Shown: positions 1 through 8,224 of the stretch, in pieces
Numbering within the stretch: position 1 is the stretch's first letter
Layout of the letters: the number at the start of each line of letters is the position of its first letter
Source of the DNA: an uncultured virus (IMG/VR IMGVR_UViG_3300008117_000028)
Lineage: Duplodnaviria > Heunggongvirae > Uroviricota > Caudoviricetes
Reading direction: 5' to 3' (one strand)
Length of the DNA: 20,000 nt
IMG/VR virus record: IMGVR_UViG_3300008117_000028
The notes under the pieces: model-generated
The model's database searches: none
What the model saw: only the letters and a program-made list of their open reading frames with translations
What the model was told of the DNA's origin: nothing
Program-made: the position numbers and the translations under genes

Positions 1-41
1 TGTTGATCTGATGACAACATCCATTTTAGATCATTAGACAT
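1..41 (-). CDS. 5' end of a probable calcineurin-like metallophosphoesterase (runs off the window edge)
   Basis: Manual translation from ATG at 41 gives MSNDLKWMLSSDQ(Q). SD-like TAAGGA at 48..53. The hydrophobic strand followed by SDxx resembles the first metal-binding motif (SDxH/Q) of phage metallophosphoesterases. Only 13 codons are visible. Confidence 0.5.
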   Translation of the reverse strand, partial: MSNDLKWMLSSDQ

Positions 42-57
42 CTATTATCCTTAAATT

Positions 58-82
58 AAAAAAGTCACGGTTTCGTGACTTT
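58..82 (-). terminator. Terminator-like hairpin / palindrome
   Basis: Perfect 9-bp inverted repeat AAAGTCACG (61..69) - GTTT - CGTGACTTT (74..82). It reads into a T6 run on the minus strand and lies downstream of the last tail-module gene. Confidence 0.65.
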
Positions 83-96
83 GTGCAATATGCTAT

Positions 97-124
97 ATTT
101 TAACATATTGTTATATCCTGTCAA
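97..124 (-). promoter_or_regulatory. Sigma70/sigmaA-type promoter
   Basis: Minus strand TTGACA (119..124) - 16 bp - TAAAAT (97..102), with a TGn extension (TGTTAAAAT). Confidence 0.7.
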
Positions 125-127
125 GCA

Positions 128-556
128 TTATATTGTTTTAAGTTGGGCTGCCATCCAATTAATTTTTATATCTCCAGTTGCTTTAGCATTGCTAGTAGCA
201 ACATAAATAGTTCCGCCTGTACCTGTAGAATTTTTAACTGCTGACACTGAGACTATTCCTAATGCTGCTGTTAATGCTTGTCCTACAGACGCTACAAATC
301 CAGTATCTGTTCCAGCAACAAATGATGATGTAAATGTTACTGTTTGATTTACTGGGGTGGTGCCTTTCAATGTTATTGTTACAAAACCTTGATCAACAAT
401 TGCAACTCTATTTTGACCACTAGAATCTCTTGTAGCATTTAATAAAGACTTAGATGTTGTAAATACATCTGTTAGATTAGATTGTAATTGATTTAAATCA
501 TTTGGGTCAAATGGAGCACCCTCATTAAATGTTACTGCTTTCCATTTTTCGGTCAT
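128..556 (-). CDS. Small virion-associated protein with a C-terminal beta-sandwich (H-type lectin / tail-fibre C-terminus-like)
   Basis: 142-aa ORF coupled to the upstream gene by TAATG. N-terminal 'PFDPNDLNQLQSN' resembles tail attachment motifs. The beta-rich C-half ends in 'INWMA', typical of such folds. Confidence 0.6.
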   Translation of the reverse strand: MTEKWKAVTFNEGAPFDPNDLNQLQSNLTDVFTTSKSLLNATRDSSGQNRVAIVDQGFVTITLKGTTPVNQTVTFTSSFVAGTDTGFVASVGQALTAALGIVSVSAVKNSTGTGGTIYVATSNAKATGDIKINWMAAQLKTI

Positions 557-960
557 TATAAATTTTCTCCTAATTCATGCGAATTTGCTTCTGATTCGCT
601 TACCTCTATAACCTTTGATCTATCTATTCCATATTTAATAAATGAATCTGGGTCTACTATATGCCTCTTTTTATTTTGAGATATTAAATACATTTTACCA
701 TCTGCTATGTTTTTTATCAAAGTTCCATCTCTAAATCCAAGCTTGCCAGCCAATTTAGTTAAACTTAATGCTTCTTCTGTTGCATTTACGGTATTAAATG
801 CCCATGACTCCGCTGCTCTTTTAGATATAAGCCTATATCGTTTATTATCTTTTATCCAATAAACATCTTTAGATGTTTTAACAGCAATTCCAGATGGAAA
901 ATTAGTTGGTGAGGTTACTAAGATGCTCTGAGTATTCTTCTTTAGCCTGTAATTTAGCAT
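556..960 (-). CDS. Hypothetical phage protein with two tandem ~55-aa repeats
   Basis: Internal duplication: 'SGIAVKTSKDVYWIKDNKRYRL...VNATEEALS' versus 'DGTLIKNIADGKMYLISQNKKRHI...VIEVSESEAN'. Start moved from 1038 to ATG 960 (preceded by GGAAG) to reduce overlap with 902..1090. Confidence 0.7.
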   Translation of the reverse strand: MLNYRLKKNTQSILVTSPTNFPSGIAVKTSKDVYWIKDNKRYRLISKRAAESWAFNTVNATEEALSLTKLAGKLGFRDGTLIKNIADGKMYLISQNKKRHIVDPDSFIKYGIDRSKVIEVSESEANSHELGENL

Positions 961-1090
961 TTTTTTCTTCCATAAGTTGAGTAATCTCTGCCCGTAAAAT
1001 TGCAATTTGAGTTTCATAATTAGATACCATTTCTCCAATACGCTGTTGTAGGGCTGTTATTACTAAATTTGCCTTATTCTCCTGACTCAT
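902..1090 (-). CDS. Small coiled-coil hypothetical protein
   Basis: 62 aa with a heptad pattern (ITALQQRIGEMVSNYETQIAILRAEITQL); in the operon direction. Confidence 0.7.
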   Translation of the reverse strand: MSQENKANLVITALQQRIGEMVSNYETQIAILRAEITQLMEEKNAKLQAKEEYSEHLSNLTN

Positions 1091-1298
1091 TATTTACTTT
1101 CTCTAGTTCTGCTTGTAGCGCTTCTTTCTTTAAAAAAGCATTTTCTAATTGTATATTTAATGCATCTACTACTTCTTGATTAATTGGTGTGATAGCAGAC
1201 TCTTGAATTATTAACATATTTATATTATAAATATTATTTACTACACTTTTTAAATGTTCATTTATAATAGCATTTTTTTCTGGTACTGATAGCTCCAT
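1074..1298 (-). CDS. Small helical hypothetical protein
   Basis: 74 aa amphipathic helical hairpin; TAATG coupling to the upstream gene; AAGGA upstream. Confidence 0.75.
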   Translation of the reverse strand: MELSVPEKNAIINEHLKSVVNNIYNINMLIIQESAITPINQEVVDALNIQLENAFLKKEALQAELEKVNNESGE

Positions 1299-1573
1299 TA
1301 AATAACATCCTTTGTTTCAGTTATTGCTCCCCATTTACCCAAAGGACAACTAGCGTGTGGCAATTTAGCTTTTTCTGTCATAAAACATCCACATTTTTTA
1401 CAAGTTTTTGATGCTTTAATTAATGATGGACAATTTAAACAATGATTTTCATATCTATATTTAAATGTTTCTTCATCTACTCTTCCAATTTTTGGATTTA
1501 ATAAGTCCCAAGGGCGAACTTTGTCACCAGCATTTTTTTCTTTCCAAATTTGAAAAGGTGTTTTTTCTGACAT
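1298..1573 (-). CDS. Small 6-Cys putative metal-binding protein (DUF6171-like)
   Basis: Motif R-x4-CLNC-x9-CKKCGC-x12-CPLGKW matches the recalled DUF6171 pattern. GAGGA SD upstream. Confidence 0.75.
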   Translation of the reverse strand: MSEKTPFQIWKEKNAGDKVRPWDLLNPKIGRVDEETFKYRYENHCLNCPSLIKASKTCKKCGCFMTEKAKLPHASCPLGKWGAITETKDVI

Positions 1574-1574
1574 A

Positions 1575-1823
1575 TTATTCCTCTATTGGTTTAGGGCTAA
1601 AGGTATCAGTTTCTGCATCGTACAGTGCTCCTACTGAAACTATACCGCCTTCATCTGTATATAAATTTCCAGTTACATTTTTTATAATTGGATTACTTGT
1701 AAATATTGCACCTAATCTTTCATCTGTGTGTAAAATATCTACAACTTCTCCATCAATAACAAATGCTATTTTTACTGGTGGTAGTTCTGGTCTTTGACCA
1801 GGCTCTAGTATTTCTTCTGCCAT
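1575..1823 (-). CDS. Small acidic protein, possible tail-fibre assembly chaperone
   Basis: 82 aa with AAGGAG SD. The pattern 'AFVIDGEVVDI ... VG.LYD..T..F' resembles small proteins encoded directly after phage fibre genes. Function is inferred. Confidence 0.65.
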   Translation of the reverse strand: MAEEILEPGQRPELPPVKIAFVIDGEVVDILHTDERLGAIFTSNPIIKNVTGNLYTDEGGIVSVGALYDAETDTFSPKPIEE

Positions 1824-1840
1824 TTTTCTCCTTTTTATAT

Positions 1841-1869
1841 ATTATACATAATATATTTATTTTTGTCTA
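1841..1869 (-). promoter_or_regulatory. Internal sigma70/sigmaA-type promoter for the small-gene cassette
   Basis: Minus strand TAGACA (1864..1869) - 17 bp - TATAAT (1841..1846), within a 52-bp intergenic gap. Confidence 0.75.
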
Positions 1870-1875
1870 CAGCAA

Positions 1876-4326
1876 TTATGCTGAGAAATTGTCTAATTGA
1901 TTACCTATTTTTTCAACTGCTGGAAGGCTAACTAGTCCTACAGATGTTCCTTTAGTGCCAGTATTTGTGGCAGATGTAGTATCAAAATATGTGCCTACAT
2001 ATCCTAAAGCATTTATTGTATTTCCAGTAGTAACTGCAGCTACCTTTGTAATTGTTGGATACAATAGTTCGCTGTATTCAGATCCTGCTTGTGCAGCATA
2101 AGAACTAACAACGATTGAATTTTGTAATGTTAATGTTCCAGAAGAATATGAATATATACTTAAATTTGAATTATATGTATATGCATCAGATTGTACTTCT
2201 TCTACCTCTTTCCAAGATTTATAAATTACTGCTCCTAAATATTGTCTAGTTTTATAATTATTATATGTTAATGTTGTACTTGTTTTAGTTTTCCATCTTG
2301 TTTGAGTTTCAGCAATTCTTGTTTTATATAAACTTGTAGTTGTTGCTGTACATGCTCCGCATCTTTGTCCTGGTCCAGATCCTTCTCCTGGACAATTTGA
2401 TTGTCCAGTTATATAATTTGAACATAAATAACTTGAACTTGAACTAGATAAAGTATATGTAGAAGTATATGTAGTGGTAGTAGAAGTTGAACATGATGTA
2501 CATCTTTGTCCTGGTCCAGATCCTGTTGCTGGTAATGGCGATGGACAAGAACCAGAACCAGAGACTTGTACGTTACATGAATAAGTTGTTGATGAAGTGC
2601 TAACTGTATACGAATATGTTGTAGTTGTAGATGGACATCTAACAAATCCTACGGCACATGCTGTATATCCAGCAGGTGCTCTAACGCATCCAGATGGGTC
2701 ATTAGCGCCTGGAGTTTTACATGAACCATATGTTGTAGTTGTAGATGATGTACAACCACTACAGTTTTGTCCAGCACCAGTTGGATCTGGTCTATACGTT
2801 GGGCAAGTAGCTGATCCAGTAATAGTAGATCCATTACATGGATATGTAGTGCTTCCAGTGCTTGATCTTACAAAATAAGAATATGTAGAAGAACTTGTAG
2901 AAGTTTCATTACAAGTGCTACATCTTTGACCGCTACCAGTTGGATCTGGTCTATATGAAATTCCTTCACAACAACCTTGTCCGTTACATGATGCTGGTGA
3001 ATTACATGGATAAGTTGTAGTTAAATAAGAATCTCTATAGCTATAGGCATATGAAGTTGAAACATTGCAATAACTACATTGATCACCTATTGCTGATCCG
3101 CCATAATTAGAATCATTGCAAGGACCACTATTATTATAATATGATGGACATATTGCTACTACTTCACTATAACTTTCACATGCACAAAGTTGATTTGGTC
3201 CTGTTGGATCTGGCCTTATTAATAATCCGCTACAATCTGGCTGATTCAATGCCCAATCAGATGTACATACATATTCATAAGATTCTGTACAGGATCCTGA
3301 ACAAACTGTATTTTCTCCGCCAGGCATTGCAGAGCTCCAATTTTCATATTCTGGACACGGATCTCCTGCATTTAATACTCTTACATCATTAGTACATGAA
3401 TAATTATATAAGCTAGATGTTGTTGTACATGCTGTACATCTTTTGCCTACATCAGAAATTGTATATGCAGATCCTTCAATATTAGCTGAAACATATGAAA
3501 CGGCATTACATTCTTCTTCTGTTCCAGTTTTATTACTAGTACAATTGTATGCAAGTCCTGGTTCAATTTCATAAGAGTACTCTGGTACTACTGCCCACCA
3601 AGAATTTGCAGATGCAACCCATACAGCAAGTCCTAGTCCACCACCTGATGTATCTATTGATGTATTTTGATTAGAAGAATTTAAATCAACACTTTGTAGG
3701 GGATAACCACTTCCATTACTATTGTTTATTGCTTTTCCACCACTTACACTCCATGAACTTGTATTTCTAGCATAGGAGCTATAAATAAATCCTCCGCTTG
3801 CAATACCTAATCCGCTTGTAGTTGTTCTATTGTTAAAGTTATCTTCTATACCTTGCATGGTAGCAGTCAGTGGATCACTGTAATAATAATATTTAGTTAT
3901 ACCATCTGTTCCAGTAACTTCATCTCTTGAATAAAAAATGTTTGGTGGTGGAGTAGCATCTGTTTGGTCTATTGTATATGAAGATGTTGATTTAGTATTT
4001 CCATAAATTACCTCTTCGCTATATCCATCTCCTGGCAAAGTTTCATCTGTGGTATAAAATATTTTATTTACAATTGAATCATAATTGCTATATGTTCCTG
4101 GTGATTTGGTAATGCTTGTTCCAACTCTACCCGTTCCTGATAATGTAGGTCTAGTTAATTGTGTTGGTGAGTCAACTGTTCCAAATGTTTTTGTCCACTC
4201 AGTTGGAGATATTTTTACATATATATTTTTTACTTTTTTCCAGGTACTTTGTGTTACTTTAACATATATATATTTTACAGCTTTCCATGTACTTGGAGTA
4301 ACCTTTAAATATGTTTTTGCTGTCAT
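1876..4326 (-). CDS. Putative tail fibre / receptor-binding protein: lectin-like beta-sandwich with a large Cys-rich insertion
   Basis: 816 aa. Three N-terminal Y(L/V)K(V/I)xxxxW repeats, an Ig-like segment (PTLSGTGRVGTSIT), then a 'DNFNNR...GLAVWV...WWAV' half-domain, a 398-aa Cys-rich block and a 'GTSVGLV...LDNFSA' half-domain. It is the last large gene of the tail module. Confidence 0.75.
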   Translation of the reverse strand: MTAKTYLKVTPSTWKAVKYIYVKVTQSTWKKVKNIYVKISPTEWTKTFGTVDSPTQLTRPTLSGTGRVGTSITKSPGTYSNYDSIVNKIFYTTDETLPGDGYSEEVIYGNTKSTSSYTIDQTDATPPPNIFYSRDEVTGTDGITKYYYYSDPLTATMQGIEDNFNNRTTTSGLGIASGGFIYSSYARNTSSWSVSGGKAINNSNGSGYPLQSVDLNSSNQNTSIDTSGGGLGLAVWVASANSWWAVVPEYSYEIEPGLAYNCTSNKTGTEEECNAVSYVSANIEGSAYTISDVGKRCTACTTTSSLYNYSCTNDVRVLNAGDPCPEYENWSSAMPGGENTVCSGSCTESYEYVCTSDWALNQPDCSGLLIRPDPTGPNQLCACESYSEVVAICPSYYNNSGPCNDSNYGGSAIGDQCSYCNVSTSYAYSYRDSYLTTTYPCNSPASCNGQGCCEGISYRPDPTGSGQRCSTCNETSTSSSTYSYFVRSSTGSTTYPCNGSTITGSATCPTYRPDPTGAGQNCSGCTSSTTTTYGSCKTPGANDPSGCVRAPAGYTACAVGFVRCPSTTTTYSYTVSTSSTTYSCNVQVSGSGSCPSPLPATGSGPGQRCTSCSTSTTTTYTSTYTLSSSSSSYLCSNYITGQSNCPGEGSGPGQRCGACTATTTSLYKTRIAETQTRWKTKTSTTLTYNNYKTRQYLGAVIYKSWKEVEEVQSDAYTYNSNLSIYSYSSGTLTLQNSIVVSSYAAQAGSEYSELLYPTITKVAAVTTGNTINALGYVGTYFDTTSATNTGTKGTSVGLVSLPAVEKIGNQLDNFSA
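2350..3543 (-). repeat. Nine degenerate Cys modules (coding repeats)
   Basis: Exact 24-bp direct repeat catctttgtcctggtccagatcct at 2360..2383 and 2501..2524 (141 bp apart). Exact 21-bp repeat accagttggatctggtctata at 2776..2796 and 2935..2955 (159 bp apart). RPDPTG occurs 3 times and GQRC 3 times. Confidence 0.85.
4183..4311 (-). repeat. Three 15-aa tandem repeats at the fibre N-terminus
   Basis: YLKVTPSTWKAVKYI / YVKVTQSTWKKVKNI / YVKISPTEWTKTF; 45-bp periodicity. Confidence 0.8.
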
Positions 4327-4329
4327 TAA

Positions 4330-6330
4330 TTACCAACTTATCCAAAGGTCTCCGACAAAGCCTGTGCTTGCTGATGGTGGGTTATTGGTTCCGCTACGAA
4401 CTCCATAATAAACTCCAAGTCCACGTTTTAATTTATTATCATCATATGGATCTGCAATAATTACTCTATATCTTGCAGCCTTTCCATAATTATATGTTGG
4501 GCCATTTGTACCAGTACTTGGATATCCACCACTAATATATTGTGTTATAGCAGTATTAGGTGCTCCGCTATTATTATATTCAAGGCTTCCTAAAGCTGTT
4601 AATCCATTTCCAACCCCAGGTATATTTTGAATTTCAACTCCGTCTGGAGTTAACTCTATTCTGGACAATGGAGTGTACGTAGATCCAGAACTTCCAGTAT
4701 CTCCAGATTCTGTATCTATTTCAGTTGATGAAAATTCTAGTGGAACTACACCAGAGTATAAAGTAATTACATTACTACTAGATAATGATTCTATTCTTGT
4801 ATTAGCATCTCCTACAGTAAACTTTTCAGAATTCCATTTATTATATGATTCTTCTACAACAAAAGATGATCCTGTTATCGTAGACGCAGTAATATTTCCA
4901 GACATGCTAAGGTGTGAGCTATCATTTCCAGGGCTTGCTGTTAATGTAAATTTTCCAGTAGGAGATCCACCATTATAATGTGATATTGATGAAGGGGTTA
5001 ATCTAAAATGATATCCAGAACTACTTCCTAAAAATATATTTGGATCGCTTCCGCTATTAATTTTTAATGTTCCTGTTGAGTTTTGTAAATATGAACTTCC
5101 TAAATTCCAACCACCAATTTCTCCATAGGTTGATGTTAAGTATCCACTTTTTGAAACACTAAATGGAGCACTTGCAAAATCAGCATGTCCTAGCCAAATT
5201 CCTGTTGCTGGTACCGCTTTAAATATGTCATTGCTAGAACCTATTTCTAAACTTCCAGTAAATGTTCCTGATCCTTTTATAGCAAGTGTTCCAGCTGTTC
5301 CGCTTGCCAAATATTCTAATAGTTTTGTTGTTCCATCTGTTCCATAAATAATAAATGGAGATGAACTGCCTGATATAACTACTCTTTGTCCGCCTGAAAC
5401 ACCTGCAGTAATTGATGCATCTGCAGTTATTATTCCAGTACTAATTTCGCTTGCTGGTAATTTAGAAACCGTAATAGGGTTTCCATCTGCTGCTACTGGT
5501 TGTCCGTTTGCAGTACCACTAGCATTTACTGTGTCTATTTTTACATAATATGGAGTATTATAATCTAATGTTGTACCTAAAGATTTATCAATAATAGTTC
5601 CAACACCTATTGAAACTTTATTTGATCCATTTGCAAAATTTAATGTATGCACCCAGTTATCATTGCTTGGAGTAAATCCTGCTGTAGTACCTATAAATAC
5701 TTTTGCACCAGCAAAACTTCCTTTAGTAAAATCTACTGGATCTCCGTTTTCATCTAATCTTTTTCCATTCCATTCAACAATTACAGAAGCTAATCCAGCG
5801 GTTACTATTGGAATATCTGGATCTTCTGGGGAAAGAATTGTTTCTGTTATAGCTGGAACAATTACTGATCTTGGTAAACTTACAGCAGACTTAGCACCGT
5901 AACTTGATATAGCATATAACGCAACGGCATATTGTCCTGCAGGTGCGGCTATTGTTTGAGTTCCAGCTGTTTTAAAACTTCCTGCCGCTTTTTCGCCATC
6001 AAATGGAGAACCATCAATATAAATATCAACTCTATCTATATTTGTTATTGCTCTTCCTGCTGCGTCATTACCATTCCATGTTATTTTTATTAAACCTGGT
6101 TCTGCAGAAACGCTTCCTACTGGAAGATCTGGTGTTCCTGGTAATGTTTCTCCTGGGGTAGTTAATGTTTTTGATGCAGACCAAAGACCAAATGTTCCAT
6201 CTTTATATTTCCATCTAAATTGAATTGGATAATTTTTATTTAATTCAAGATCTGTAATAGTTACAACAAAATAGTTACCATTTTCGATAGCTACTGATGT
6301 ATCTTTTAATAGATCCTGATATGTTGTCAT
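4330..6330 (-). CDS. Minor tail protein / central fibre-like protein with FN3-like domains
   Basis: 666 aa. FN3-like segments (IKITWNG, VIVEWNG...YYVKIDTVN) followed by Gly/Ser-rich beta repeats (APFSVSKSGYL, GEIGGWNL). It ends in 'PSASTGFVGDLWISW', a common phage fibre-junction motif. Confidence 0.75.
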   Translation of the reverse strand: MTTYQDLLKDTSVAIENGNYFVVTITDLELNKNYPIQFRWKYKDGTFGLWSASKTLTTPGETLPGTPDLPVGSVSAEPGLIKITWNGNDAAGRAITNIDRVDIYIDGSPFDGEKAAGSFKTAGTQTIAAPAGQYAVALYAISSYGAKSAVSLPRSVIVPAITETILSPEDPDIPIVTAGLASVIVEWNGKRLDENGDPVDFTKGSFAGAKVFIGTTAGFTPSNDNWVHTLNFANGSNKVSIGVGTIIDKSLGTTLDYNTPYYVKIDTVNASGTANGQPVAADGNPITVSKLPASEISTGIITADASITAGVSGGQRVVISGSSSPFIIYGTDGTTKLLEYLASGTAGTLAIKGSGTFTGSLEIGSSNDIFKAVPATGIWLGHADFASAPFSVSKSGYLTSTYGEIGGWNLGSSYLQNSTGTLKINSGSDPNIFLGSSSGYHFRLTPSSISHYNGGSPTGKFTLTASPGNDSSHLSMSGNITASTITGSSFVVEESYNKWNSEKFTVGDANTRIESLSSSNVITLYSGVVPLEFSSTEIDTESGDTGSSGSTYTPLSRIELTPDGVEIQNIPGVGNGLTALGSLEYNNSGAPNTAITQYISGGYPSTGTNGPTYNYGKAARYRVIIADPYDDNKLKRGLGVYYGVRSGTNNPPSASTGFVGDLWISW

Positions 6331-6331
6331 A

Positions 6332-7399
6332 TTAGTTCCAGTCTAAATCCAATTTATATTCTATATCTAAAGATCTGCCAGCAACTTTTTTAATTCCATA
6401 AAAAGACCCATTACCAGAAACTGCTGCTGTATTGTTGCTTGATAAGGTTATGGTATTATCTTCAATATTTGTAATGGTTGCACCAGTTGCAATTCCAGTT
6501 CCTGATACCTTTTGTCCTATAAATAGGTTATTTATAGAGTCAACCTCTATTGTATTTTCTCCAGAAGATCCAGATATTGTTGTAGTATTTATAACTACAG
6601 ATCTACTGATTAATCCAAAAAATGGATCAAAGGTATCTTCATCATTAATTCTTAATCCGTCAAAACCAACATAGGTAGTGTCAGTTCCAGATGGAGTAAT
6701 TGTAATACCAATTTTATTTATTAATGATTTATCTGGTGCTGGATTAGTTGCTCCTGCATATATTAATGACATGGAGATATCCTCTGTAATTTGATCTCCA
6801 GTTCCAGCAGGTGGTGTAATTTCATATTCAAAATATTCAGTGCTTGAGCTATAAAATTTAATTATTATAGATTCTAGATTATCGTCTATTTTTCTATATG
6901 CTAATCTTAAAGTATCGTTTACGCTATATCCAGATAAATCTAAATTTTCTATATTATAGAAATATTCATTTGAGGCTGGTCCATCTGACTGCATAACTAT
7001 TATATTATTTCCTATTTTAGGATTATTGGTAGAAAAATCTGCTTTGAATAAGTCTTCATCTGTCCAGTCTAAATAGTTAGAAAAATCTGTTAAAAATTTA
7101 CTATCAAAATTATTAATTGAAGATCTATCAGATGGATACAATCCTATTTCATTTATTTCCCCTTCAACATCTTGAGGAATAGATGCTTTAAATATTACAG
7201 AATATGTCGATACATTATCAACTGTTTGAATTTCTGTTGATCCAAATAAAGCAGGTACTCTATAAAATTCAAATCCAAGTCTAGTATCGTTTTCTGTTGC
7301 TTCTGTAAGATCTATACCTATTGCAATATCTTTATTTAAACTTTTTGTATTTCCTGCAATTAGATTAGTTAAAAATCTTTTTCCAAATTTTGTAATCAT
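6332..7399 (-). CDS. Minor tail / baseplate protein with a probable inserted carbohydrate-binding-like module
   Basis: 355 aa with AAGGAG SD. 'MITKFGK...IAIG...ENDTRL..EFYR...INEIGLY' is a tail-collar/baseplate-type N-terminus. The central beta module ends in 'YVGFDGLRI'. Confidence 0.7.
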   Translation of the reverse strand: MITKFGKRFLTNLIAGNTKSLNKDIAIGIDLTEATENDTRLGFEFYRVPALFGSTEIQTVDNVSTYSVIFKASIPQDVEGEINEIGLYPSDRSSINNFDSKFLTDFSNYLDWTDEDLFKADFSTNNPKIGNNIIVMQSDGPASNEYFYNIENLDLSGYSVNDTLRLAYRKIDDNLESIIIKFYSSSTEYFEYEITPPAGTGDQITEDISMSLIYAGATNPAPDKSLINKIGITITPSGTDTTYVGFDGLRINDEDTFDPFFGLISRSVVINTTTISGSSGENTIEVDSINNLFIGQKVSGTGIATGATITNIEDNTITLSSNNTAAVSGNGSFYGIKKVAGRSLDIEYKLDLDWN

Positions 7400-7407
7400 T
7401 ATTCTCC

Positions 7408-8217
7408 TTAAATTGGTGTAGAATATGATGAAGAATATTCTATTCCATTTGTTCCTGTAACTACTGCTTGTACTCTAAGCCATCTAAATGATGAAGTTGC
7501 ATCAACATCTCCATCCCTTGAACTTACTCTATATGTTTTCATAACTCCACTATTTCCTATATTATAAGAACTAGTAGTTGAATATGTTTCTGATCCGCTT
7601 TCGAGTGCAGGAGCAGTGGGAGAGCTTGAAGAACTTATAATCCAATCATATCTTACTTCTGAAAATGATCCAAGTCCAGAAACATTGTTCCAACCCCAAG
7701 CTATTGATGTTCCATTTCGTTTGAAATAAACTGAAGGTGTTCCTGGTGTAGGCGCTGTAAACGCAACTGATTTATTTGTTGATTGTGGTGTTATTGCTGT
7801 AACTATAACACTTGGATTAAATATTCTAGCATCTACACCGTCAATATTTGATGGATTCTTGCTAGAGTTTCTTATTTTTAATATAGCTCTAATTTTTTGT
7901 GATTTAGTTGCTGCGTCAAAATATGGCTCATATGTAATACTTTCAATATCTGTTAGCTCTGGTATATCTAGGTATATCTCCTCTAGATCTCCTCCATCAA
8001 CAGGTCTTTCTCCATCTTCATTTACATAATTTTCTCCGTCTGATTCTCCTGAATATAAACTAGATGCTAGATATTTAGAATAATCAATTGACCCGCCTTT
8101 TATGGTTAAATATTCAGTTGGATAGGCAATAATCCTATCTACACTATCTTCTGAAAGGACTATTACTTGGCCTCTATTTAAGTCCTTTAAGTCTTTTCTT
8201 TTATTTGAATTTACCAT
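7408..8217 (-). CDS. Minor tail protein with a C-terminal FN3-like domain
   Basis: 269 aa; acidic linker, then 'PGTPSV...IAWGW...Y.W...WLRVQAV...SSSYS'. Confidence 0.7.
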   Translation of the reverse strand: MVNSNKRKDLKDLNRGQVIVLSEDSVDRIIAYPTEYLTIKGGSIDYSKYLASSLYSGESDGENYVNEDGERPVDGGDLEEIYLDIPELTDIESITYEPYFDAATKSQKIRAILKIRNSSKNPSNIDGVDARIFNPSVIVTAITPQSTNKSVAFTAPTPGTPSVYFKRNGTSIAWGWNNVSGLGSFSEVRYDWIISSSSSPTAPALESGSETYSTTSSYNIGNSGVMKTYRVSSRDGDVDATSSFRWLRVQAVVTGTNGIEYSSSYSTPI

Positions 8218-8224
8218 ATTTTTT

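Noticed and set aside
961..1038. N-terminal extension of the 556..1038 ORF
   Set aside because: It lies entirely within the 902..1090 gene and looks like off-frame sequence; ATG 960 is more plausible.
2360..2955. CRISPR-like array from the 21-24-bp repeats
   Set aside because: Only two copies of each, spacing of 141-159 bp, all in frame within a coding sequence, and no cas genes.
1876..4326. Diversity-generating retroelement target
   Set aside because: No reverse transcriptase in the window, and no ~100-bp repeat pair differing only at adenines was seen. A remote DGR cannot be excluded.
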